NCBI GenBank assembly: GCA_046328505.1
Contig: JAXLWL010000004.1
Coordinates: 9,559 to 73,558, forward strand
Origin: Anaerolineae bacterium
GTDB lineage: Bacteria > Chloroflexota > Anaerolineae > Epilineales > JAHCIE01
Direction of reading: 5' to 3'
Length of the DNA: 64,000 nucleotides
The notes under the pieces are model-generated. The model saw nothing but the letters and a program-made list of their open reading frames with translations. It did no database searches and was not told the DNA's origin. This document shows, in pieces, positions 38,257 through 49,990 of the stretch; within the stretch, counting starts at the first letter, position 1, and each line of letters starts with the position of its first letter. A program made the translations under genes and the position numbers.

Positions 38257-41200
38257 ATGGACCTAAACACTTGGAAACAAGCTGCGCGTGACCGCCTTGT
38301 CGCGATCCGTGACGCGTTTCGCGGCCGCGCTCCGGGTACGTTGTACGGCGCTCTCTCAGCAGCTGCAATACTGCCCGTCGTTGCTGCTGTGAACCAGGGT
38401 GACTTTGCCGCGCTAGTGGCGCTCACTGGTGTTGTCGGCGGCGTGGGCGGCAACCTGATTGCGAACCAGATCCAGGCGTGGAAGGACAAGAGCGAGGCGG
38501 AGATTGCCGCGAACCTGACCGAGAAGGCCCAGGCGGACGACCAGTGGCGCGAGGCGCTGGACACGCTCATCGAGAAGCTCGACGTAGTGGCGGCAGTCGA
38601 AGTCGGGCTGAGCCAGGCCGACCAGCAGTGGTTCCAGGAGACGTTGCAGGCCGAAGTCGAGCGCCTGGGCAGCCGCGTCACAGTTAACGTGAAGGGCAAC
38701 CGCAATGTGGCGCCCGCTGGTGATATTCGCGAAAGCACGATTTTCACCGGCGACAATGCGACCTACATCGAGCGGCTCGACATCCGCTCGGCGGTCTTCC
38801 ATACGCCTCCGCAGCCTGGGCATGTCGATCCCAAAGAGCTACTGTGGACATATCTCAACCAGGTCATCAGCGACACTGGAGCCCTTGACTTGTCCGGCGT
38901 CGACAAGCGCACTGCTAGCGACCCTGAAGCAGCCCGCCTCGAGTTAGCTGCCGTGTACACTGCTCTAGATACGCTCCGACTTGAGGAACGACGGAGAACC
39001 CTGTCTTCCCAAACAGTGGAACAGATGGAACTGCCTTTCTTGTCAGAGCGCCAGTCGGTTCTTGCCTTTGTAAATGACGCGAAGTACGCAGCCCTCCTGG
39101 GTGACCCCGGCTCTGGCAAGACGACGTTTGCCAACTTTTTGGCGCTGTGTCTGGCGGGCGAAATTCTTGGCGAGGACCGCGCTAACCTGGCGCGTCTTGG
39201 GGACGCGTGGAAGCAGGACGCCCTCCTGCCCGTTCGCGTCGTTCTACGCCAGTTCGCCGCCCATCTCCCTGCGCCGCCTGACGCGAGCGCCAGCCTGCTG
39301 TGGGACTATATCATCCGCCGCCTAGGTCCGGGCCTGGACGGCTTCGCGCCTTTGCTGCGGAAGCACCTTGTCCAGCACGGCGGCCTGCTCATCCTCGACG
39401 GCCTGGACGAGGTGCCTGAGGCCCACCACCGCCGCGAGATCGTCAAAGGGGCCGTTCTCGACTTCAAGCGCCAGTTCCCGAAGGTTCGCATCCTGCTGAC
39501 CAGCCGCACCTATGCCTACCAGAACCGGCTATGGCGGCTGCCCGGCTTCGACGAGGCCGTCCTGGCGCCGTTCACGCCGGAGCAGGTTGACCTGTTCGTG
39601 AACAACTGGTACGCCCACATGGCCCAGGTGCGGCCCAACCTGTCGTCCGACGAGGCCCAGGGTCGCGCCGAGCGCCTCAAGGAGACCATCCACCGCGAGA
39701 GCCATCTGGCCGAGCTGGCCGAGCGCCCGCTACTGCTCACTCTCATGGCGTCCCTCCACGCCTGGCGTGGCGGCGCCCTGCCGGAGGACCGCGAGCAGCT
39801 CTACGACGAGAGCGTCGAGCTGCTGCTGGACGTGTGGGAGCGGCCCAAGGAGGTGGTGGACAGCGAGGGCAGCACGATCCTCCAGACGGAGAGCCTGGCC
39901 GAGTGGCTACGCGCACCCCAGGCGGACGTGCGTCAGGCGCTGGAGGCGCTGGCCTTCCGCGCCCACCGCGACCAGCCTCAACGAACCGGCGCGGCCGACA
40001 TCGGCGAAGACGCCCTGGCCGGGGCGCTGCTCAAAGTGGCGAAAGGCCGCGACCTCACCCTCGACCGCATCATTGACTATATCCTCGACCGCACCGGGCT
40101 GCTGGTCAATCTCGGCGAGGGCATCTACAGCTTTCCCCACCGCACGTTCCAGGAGTACCTGGCCGCTCGCCACCTGAGCGAGACCGACTTCCCGGGCCGG
40201 CTGGTCGAGCTGGTGCGGGCGGACCCGGAGCGCTGGCGCGAGGTGATGCTGCTGGCCGGGGCCAAGGTCAAGCGGGGGACGCCGTTCGCGGCGTGGGCGC
40301 TTGTGGATGCCCTGTGCTTCGGCGAGTGCGGCGACGGCGCCGGCGACGCCGACTGGTACGCCGCGCTGCTCGCCGGTCAGCTCCTGGTCGAGACCGGCAT
40401 GCACAAGGCGGCGGGGACGCCGGCCACGGCGGCGAAGGTGGCGCGGGTGCGCGGCTGGCTGACGAGGCTGGTGAGGGAGGGGCATCTGCCGCCGGTGGAC
40501 CGCGCTGCCGCAGGGCGCGCGCTGGGCTGGCTCGGGGACGAGCGGCCGGGCGTCAGTATCATTGTCCGCAATGGCGCGCAAATACCCGATATCGATTGGA
40601 TCGCGATTGAGCCGGGGCCGTTCATCATGGGGAACGATCATCCGCTGGCCGACTGGGCCAAACATATGGAAACGCCCCAGTTCACCTGCCAACTCATCAC
40701 ACGGCCCTATCGTATCAGCCGTTATCCGGTGACAGTGATGCAATATCAGGCATTCGTGGACGCTGACGGGTACCAGAACGCGCAGTATTGGTCCCTTGCA
40801 GAAGCAGCAGGTGTCTGGCGAGACAAACACACACTTCGCCGTGTACCATATCTGGTGGAGGATAGGATTGAATGGAAAGAGGAGTGGGCTGACCAGCCCT
40901 TAAGCTATGGTGTGCTATACTCCGCGCCCAATCAACCTCGGGTTGGAGTCACTTGGTACGAGGCGGCTGCGTTCTGCGCCTGGCTGAGTGAGGTTCTCGG
41001 CAAGCAGGTGCGACTGCCCACGGAAGCGGAGTGGGAGCGAGCGGCACGCCACACCGACGGGCGTGCCTATCCTTGGGGGAACGACTTCAACCCGCAACGT
41101 TGCAACATGGGTGATACGGGAATCGGTGCGCCGTCAACAGTGGGGATTTTCCCGAACGGCGCTTCAGCGTGCGGGGTACATGACATGGCCGGCAACGTGT

Positions 41201-41439
41201 GGGAATGGTGCAGCACGAAGTGGCTGGATAGCTATGACAGCTACGAAACGCGGGTCGATGATAGCATGACAGGAAGCGAAGACCGCGTGGTGCGTGGGAG
41301 CGCGTTCGACCTTCGTGGGGAATTCGTGGAATGTGCATTCCGCCTTGGGATTAGTTCAGTCGGTAGGAGCAGCAATCAGGGGTTTCGGGTGGTGTCCCCA
41401 GCCTCTGACTCTCTGGCCTCTGAATCCTCTGACCTCTGA
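38257..41439 (+). CDS. STAND NTPase paralogue: N-terminal ~145-aa domain, G/N-rich strand motif, NACHT domain, C-terminal FGE-sulfatase domain
   Basis: Walker A LLGDPGSGKTTFANFL, Walker B LLILDGLDEV. FGE signature RYPVTVMQYQAFV...LPTEAEWERAARH...GVHDMAGNVWEWCSTKW...VVRGSAF...GFRVV. N-terminus MDLNTWKQAARDRL... is paralogous to MDLEGWKQATRERL... of the preceding gene. Shared motif VKGNRNVAPAGDIRESTIFTGDNATYI at 38692-38766. Confidence 0.85.
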   Translation: MDLNTWKQAARDRLVAIRDAFRGRAPGTLYGALSAAAILPVVAAVNQGDFAALVALTGVVGGVGGNLIANQIQAWKDKSEAEIAANLTEKAQADDQWREALDTLIEKLDVVAAVEVGLSQADQQWFQETLQAEVERLGSRVTVNVKGNRNVAPAGDIRESTIFTGDNATYIERLDIRSAVFHTPPQPGHVDPKELLWTYLNQVISDTGALDLSGVDKRTASDPEAARLELAAVYTALDTLRLEERRRTLSSQTVEQMELPFLSERQSVLAFVNDAKYAALLGDPGSGKTTFANFLALCLAGEILGEDRANLARLGDAWKQDALLPVRVVLRQFAAHLPAPPDASASLLWDYIIRRLGPGLDGFAPLLRKHLVQHGGLLILDGLDEVPEAHHRREIVKGAVLDFKRQFPKVRILLTSRTYAYQNRLWRLPGFDEAVLAPFTPEQVDLFVNNWYAHMAQVRPNLSSDEAQGRAERLKETIHRESHLAELAERPLLLTLMASLHAWRGGALPEDREQLYDESVELLLDVWERPKEVVDSEGSTILQTESLAEWLRAPQADVRQALEALAFRAHRDQPQRTGAADIGEDALAGALLKVAKGRDLTLDRIIDYILDRTGLLVNLGEGIYSFPHRTFQEYLAARHLSETDFPGRLVELVRADPERWREVMLLAGAKVKRGTPFAAWALVDALCFGECGDGAGDADWYAALLAGQLLVETGMHKAAGTPATAAKVARVRGWLTRLVREGHLPPVDRAAAGRALGWLGDERPGVSIIVRNGAQIPDIDWIAIEPGPFIMGNDHPLADWAKHMETPQFTCQLITRPYRISRYPVTVMQYQAFVDADGYQNAQYWSLAEAAGVWRDKHTLRRVPYLVEDRIEWKEEWADQPLSYGVLYSAPNQPRVGVTWYEAAAFCAWLSEVLGKQVRLPTEAEWERAARHTDGRAYPWGNDFNPQRCNMGDTGIGAPSTVGIFPNGASACGVHDMAGNVWEWCSTKWLDSYDSYETRVDDSMTGSEDRVVRGSAFDLRGEFVECAFRLGISSVGRSSNQGFRVVSPASDSLASESSDL

Positions 41440-41464
41440 CTCCCTCTGGGTCTTTGTCCCTTGG

Positions 41465-41499
41465 GGTCTGGGGGCTTTGCCCCCAGACCGGATTTTGGG
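41465..41499 (+). terminator. GC-rich hairpin (11-bp stem GGTCTGGGGGC/GCCCCCAGACC, TTT loop) followed by GGATTTTGGG; terminator- or attenuator-like element 6 nt upstream of the caspase start
   Basis: Perfect inverted repeat at 41465-41489 with a short U-run after it. Lies between NACHT gene 2 and the caspase gene. Confidence 0.3.
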
Positions 41500-41504
41500 A
41501 GAAA

Positions 41505-42494
41505 ATGATGGCCAACACATTTGACCATGGCTACGCACTGCTCATCGGCGTCGGAACGTGCGCCTACACCGCCTGGTCGCTGCCGGTGACGGTCAAGGAC
41601 ATGGGGGCGCTGCGCGGCGTCCTGGCCGACCCAACGCTGTGCGCCTACCCCGACGACGCCGACCACCTGCGCCTGCTCCACGACGCCGGCGCGACCCGCG
41701 CCGACATCCTCGACGGCCTGGCCTGGCTTGCCGAGCGCACTGCGGCCGACCCCGATGCCACCGCCATCGTCTACTACTCGGGCCACGGATTGGTGGACAA
41801 GGCCAGCAGCTGCTACTACCTTATCCCCCACGACGTGCAGCCCTTCGACATTCCCGGCTCGGCCCTGCCCACCGACGACTTCCACGCCGCGCTGCGCAAA
41901 GTCAATGCGCGGCGCCTGCTCGTCGTCATTGATGCCTGCCACGCCGAGGGCATGGCGACAGCGAAGGATCAGCCTGCCTTCGCGCTGCCGAAGGGCTTCG
42001 AGCAGGAAGCGCCATCGAAGGGGCTGGTGGACGCGCTGAAGGAAGGCGAGGGCCGCGCCGTGTTCACCTCGTCGCGGGGAACGCAGAGTTCGTGGATTCG
42101 GCCTGACGGCGCGATGAGCATCTACACGTACCATCTCATCGAAGCGCTGCACGGCGCGGCGGCTCAACTCGGTGACACGACTGTGACGGTGGGCCAGCTC
42201 CAGCACCACCTGGGTCGAACGGTTCCCGAGAGCGCCCGCGCAATGTGGAAGCAAGAGCAGACGCCCTTCTTCGACACGGCGACCGAGGACTTCCCCGTGG
42301 CACTGCTGCGCGGCGGCAAGGGGCTGCCGGCCGGCGGATGGCAGGCGGTGGAACCGTCGACCGCGCCGCGTCCGCGGACATCCATCAAGGCAAAGGGCAA
42401 CCGCAATGTCGTGTCCGGCGGCGACATGCGCGGCAACGTCATCGTCACGGGCGACAACGCCAACATCCGGAGGGGAGATGACCAGGATGAGTGA
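41505..42494 (+). CDS. caspase-like (peptidase C14/CHAT-type) protease with C-terminal G/N-rich motif shared with the upstream NACHT proteins
   Basis: Catalytic dyad context IVYYSGHG and LLVVIDACHAEG. C-terminal tail KAKGNRNVVSGGDMRGNVIVTGDNANIRRGDDQDE (42383-42494). GGGAGA RBS then ATGATG. Confidence 0.8.
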   Translation: MMANTFDHGYALLIGVGTCAYTAWSLPVTVKDMGALRGVLADPTLCAYPDDADHLRLLHDAGATRADILDGLAWLAERTAADPDATAIVYYSGHGLVDKASSCYYLIPHDVQPFDIPGSALPTDDFHAALRKVNARRLLVVIDACHAEGMATAKDQPAFALPKGFEQEAPSKGLVDALKEGEGRAVFTSSRGTQSSWIRPDGAMSIYTYHLIEALHGAAAQLGDTTVTVGQLQHHLGRTVPESARAMWKQEQTPFFDTATEDFPVALLRGGKGLPAGGWQAVEPSTAPRPRTSIKAKGNRNVVSGGDMRGNVIVTGDNANIRRGDDQDE

Positions 42495-42513
42495 GCCGTC
42501 ACTCCAGGAGAGT

Positions 42514-42702
42514 TCAGACAACTCGCAGAAGCACGGCGACGAGTATGATCACGAAGACCAGGAGCAGGCACCCAAGGCCACGGGGTGATTGCGCCTCGGG
42601 CTGCGTTATATAGACGATGGGGGGCGGTGGCTGGCTGGACACGGCCGGTGCAGCCAGTATCAGAATGATGACGATTGTTATCACAAGGACTAAGGCTTCC
42701 AT
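42514..42702 (-). CDS. small two-TM membrane protein with central Pro-rich loop (paralogue of 58211..58405)
   Basis: ATG at 42702 with AAGGAGG 6 nt upstream. MEALVLVITIVIILILAAPAVSSQPPPPIVYITQPEAQSPRGLGCLLLVFVIILVAVLLRVV. Divergent from the STAND gene at 42897. Confidence 0.6.
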   Translation of the reverse strand: MEALVLVITIVIILILAAPAVSSQPPPPIVYITQPEAQSPRGLGCLLLVFVIILVAVLLRVV

Positions 42703-42896
42703 CGGGCGCCTCCTTTGGACAATCTCACCGTCGCAATGACAGTGTAGTCCCACAGACGCCCCAAAAAGCGGACTAAGCTGTCCGAGAACTCGTACAGCGC
42801 GGCCGAAATCTAGGACCGGTAGAGGTGTATTTTGTATGTAGCTCGATGAGGAAGCGGGGACAGAACTGATCGTTTCGAACGGAGGGCCAGCCGCCG

Positions 42897-45186
42897 ATGA
42901 ACGAGCAAAGGCGCGAGTTCGGACTTCTTCTCACGCAAGGGCTGAAGAGTATCGCCGCCCGTCAACACAAGGGTCTGGGCGTCCTGGAGGATGAGCTCGG
43001 CTACGAACTCGGCGTCACCGGCTGGGCGATCCAGGGTTGGCGCCAGGATCGCATCCCGCCCCACCCTGGCCAGGTTTGCTCTTCTAGCCCGCAGATGTGT
43101 ACAGCAGGGAGGCATGGATCGCCAGTGGCTCCTCCGTTTCCTCACGCTGAGCCAGTACCCTGAGAAAGATGGATTGCTGGCTGAGTTATGTCCTGGAGAG
43201 GCTGAGCCGCGAGGGGCTGCGCACCATAACCTCCCCGGCCGTCCATACGAATCCTTCATCGGGCGAGAGAAGGAACTGGCAGACCTTGTGCCTATCCTTG
43301 CCCGCGAGCATCGTATCGGGGTCGTCTGCATTAGTGGGATCGGTGGCGTAGGCAAGACGGCGTTGGCCCAGGAAGTTGCCCACCGCTTCTGCACTGCGAC
43401 CTCGAAACTGCCCTCGGCCGACCGCTTTGAGGCTATCGTCTGGGTCACCGCCAAGCGGACGGAGCTTCTGGCACGAGGTCTCACGCAACGGCAGCCCACG
43501 TTTAGCGACCTCGACGGTGTTTACCGCGCCATCGCCGATGTCCTGGATTTGCCGGCGGTCATGCGCGCCGCGACGCGCGAAGAGCAAGAGCTTCTCGTGA
43601 CTCGCGTGCTCGGCGAACATCGGGTTCTCCTGGTGCTAGATAACCTGGAAGACGTGGATGACCCGGCTCTGATGGTATTCTTGCGCGATCTTCCCACTCC
43701 CAGCAAGGCCGTCGTCACCACCCGCCACCGCATCGACGTCGCAGCGCCGATCCATCTCCGCGCTTTGAACGAAAGCGATGCGCAAAAGCTCATTGCGTCG
43801 GAGTGCCAGCGCCATAATCTACAACTGACGAATGACGAATGCGACAAGCTGCTCCGCCGGACCGGCGGCCTGCCGCTGGCGATTGTGCGCACCATCGGTC
43901 GGATGGCCTGGCGCGGCAGCAGCATCGAGATGGAGCTGCGTCAACTTGGAGCGCCCACCTCCGAAATCTATCAGTTCTGCTTCGATAAGAGCATCGCTCT
44001 CATTCAGGGCAGCGATGCTCATCGTCTATTCATGGCCCTCGCTCTCTTCGCGGCTGACGCCAGTCGAACCGCCATCGGCGAGGTCGCCGGCTTGAATGGA
44101 GATACGTTGAGCCGCGACGAAGGATTGAGTGATCTCGACGTGCTTTCGCTGGTCAACAAGAGTGCTGACCGCTTCAGCCTGGACCCGCTGACAAAGGTCC
44201 GGGCACAGGCAGAACTCAGGGCGAATCCCGCTTTTGAGGAGTCAGCCCGCGAGCGCTTCCAGGATTTCTACACGCAGTTCGCTTTCGACACGTGTGGCGA
44301 AACGTACTGGGGAAGCTATCTTCGGCAGGAGCGCTATGACGAAGTTGAGCGAGAGTTCGAGAACATCCTGGCTGTGTTTTCCTATGCTCGCGAGGCGGAA
44401 GACAACCTGACGATCGTGCGCTTGTTCAGCTCGATTGTTCACTTCATGGCTCGCCGCAACCGGTGGCCGGAGCGTCTGTCCTGGGTCCATCCCGCCATCG
44501 CGGCAGCCCAACGGCTAGAGGATGTTGCGTCGGAGGTCTGGTTTCGAATTGATGCCCTGGGCTGGATGCTACTCCAGCAAGGACGGACTGAAGAAGCCCT
44601 CGAGCAGTTGAATCTCGTGGAGAAGCTTGTCCCCAGGCTTGATGTTGAAACAGCTTACGATGCGACGATCTTCGTCCATTGTTACCGGAGTCGAGCAGCA
44701 CGGCGGCGAGGTGATCTGGACGAAGCGTATCGAGCGCTCCAGCCGGTATTTGACCAACCATGCCATCCTTTTGCGAGCCGTCACCTGCTCACTTACCTGG
44801 GCGAGCTGCTGTACTACCGGGGAGAATACGCGCAGGCGCGCAAGGTTCTTGCCGAAGCCGCGGCGATCTGCGATGAGATCGGCGACGATTCGGGGCGCGC
44901 CATTGTTCTCAACACCCTCGGCCTCACGTTAGTGCAGCAGACGGCGTATGCCGAGGCCGAGCCAGTCCTCGACGAAGTACTCGCATTCGAAACGAGTCTC
45001 GGCCGCGTTCATGGAATCGCGCGCGCACAGCAGGGCCTCGCGATGCTGGCCTGGGCGCGTGGCGATCGCGCGAAGGCTCTTGAGCTGGGCCGCCGGTCCA
45101 GCGCCGGTTTTGCCCGCCTTGGCATGCGACAGGAAGAGGCCGAGGTCGCCAACCTTATAGCCGACTGGGGCAACGAGATCCATTAA
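42897..45186 (+). CDS. STAND NTPase: N-terminal HTH, NB-ARC ATPase, TPR repeats; N-terminal region carries a -1 frameshift near 43074-43078
   Basis: HTH MNEQRREFGLLLTQGLKSIAARQHKGLGVLEDELGYELGVTGWAIQGWRQDRIPPHPGQV (frame 0) continues as LLARRCVQQGGMDRQWLLRFL (frame +1), colinear with the intact paralogue at 58607. Walker A GVVCISGIGGVGKTALAQEV, Walker B VLLVLDNLED. C-terminal TPR-like repeats. Confidence 0.7.
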
Positions 45187-45297
45187 CTCTCTTCCCTAAC
45201 AGCTGCATGTTTCTTGACAGAGCGTAACCGTCTCCCACCCTCAGCGTTCTAATTAGTACACCTTGTGGACAGCAATGCGGCTGGAGGGAGAGAGGGA

Positions 45298-48900
<3,603 letters not shown>

Positions 48901-48982
48901 CAGACTCGATAAACACTTCATCGAATTTCGAAGTAGACAACAGCCAATCCCTATGCGGCTCCGAAGTCCAGGGAACTGTTCG

Positions 48983-49990
48983 CTAAACTCTCGAGCGTGT
49001 AGCGTACCATCTTTGCCACGCTTGAACGAGGGCTGGATTTGTGCAACGCGCAATAATATCTTGTGCCATTTCCGCCCAAGCCCGACGGCGTGCCGCCTCA
49101 GCACACAGTACCAGAAGCAGATTGTGGTACGCGGCCGGAAGGTGGGAATGCCTCGCTAACCCTTCGAGTTCCTGCTGGGTGAGAACTGGCTGTATCATGT
49201 GATCGATGCTCTGAGCCATGGTATCAAGTACTCTCTCGGACTCCCTCTTTGGAAGCATCAACGAGTCAGGATTTTGCTCAGCGTGAACTGAGAGATCGAC
49301 GGATATGGATGGCAGGTCATTTTGGTATAGATGCAAGCTATCACTGAGGTGATGATAGGAGCCGACCTCAATACCTAACCAGCCCGCGACAATCTCATGG
49401 AGCGAGGTAAACTGGACTACGTTGTGTGGCAAACCTCGGAAGATGTCGTTGCTCCTCATAACTTGCAGCCACTCAAGTTTGCCGTTCCTCACCTTAAGCA
49501 TTGACAAAATATTGCAAGGGATATCCGGGTTAACTGGTTCGCCATCAGGGTTGGGAAAGTCAATGGCCGGGTCCCATATCTGCAAAACAACTTGCCGAGT
49601 GCTCGAATTGTTCTGTAAGGCCAGGAATGCGCGTTCTAGTTGATCGACTCCGAAGTGACGCCGCAAACGAAAGCCGTATGCCCCATGGTAGATGTCGCTG
49701 TAACCCGCAAACTTGGGCAGTTGTCGGTTCCAGTAATTTAGGAATTTGGCATCATTGCGACCATTCAGGATCCAGATGACCTCCGCAATGGCAAACGCCG
49801 GGTTGAGCGGCGGGTGGCGTGACACAATCCAACGTTGTCGAGGGTCGCCGATGCAAAAGACAGCGTGCAGAAGTTCAACGGTAGATCCGCCACGACCCGC
49901 ATGCGCATGAGTGCTTTGAGCACCCATCAATTGCTCCATTACCTGTTGCCATACTTCGTCAGCCGTTTGACCTTCATAGACGTGAATCAT
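48983..49990 (-). CDS. thymidylate synthase (ThyA)-fold protein, divergent; candidate pyrimidine dNMP hydroxymethylase/methylase
   Basis: TS hallmarks: AFAIAEVIWILNGRND, YGFRLRRHFG, SSTRQVVLQIWDP, and catalytic-Cys context PDIPCNILSMLKVRNGKLEWLQVMRSNDIFRGLPHNVVQFTSLHEIVA. Not canonical ThyA. Start at MIHVYEG (49990) with GGAGAG upstream. Confidence 0.7.
   Translation of the reverse strand: MIHVYEGQTADEVWQQVMEQLMGAQSTHAHAGRGGSTVELLHAVFCIGDPRQRWIVSRHPPLNPAFAIAEVIWILNGRNDAKFLNYWNRQLPKFAGYSDIYHGAYGFRLRRHFGVDQLERAFLALQNNSSTRQVVLQIWDPAIDFPNPDGEPVNPDIPCNILSMLKVRNGKLEWLQVMRSNDIFRGLPHNVVQFTSLHEIVAGWLGIEVGSYHHLSDSLHLYQNDLPSISVDLSVHAEQNPDSLMLPKRESERVLDTMAQSIDHMIQPVLTQQELEGLARHSHLPAAYHNLLLVLCAEAARRRAWAEMAQDIIARCTNPALVQAWQRWYATRSRV

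Noticed and set aside
42991-43111. Upstream extension of ORF 42991..45186 (MSSATNSASPAGRSRVGAR...)
   Set aside because: It is the +1-frame shadow of the genuine HTH-coding sequence, which is in frame 0 from 42897. Only the part from about 43075 onward is real STAND sequence.
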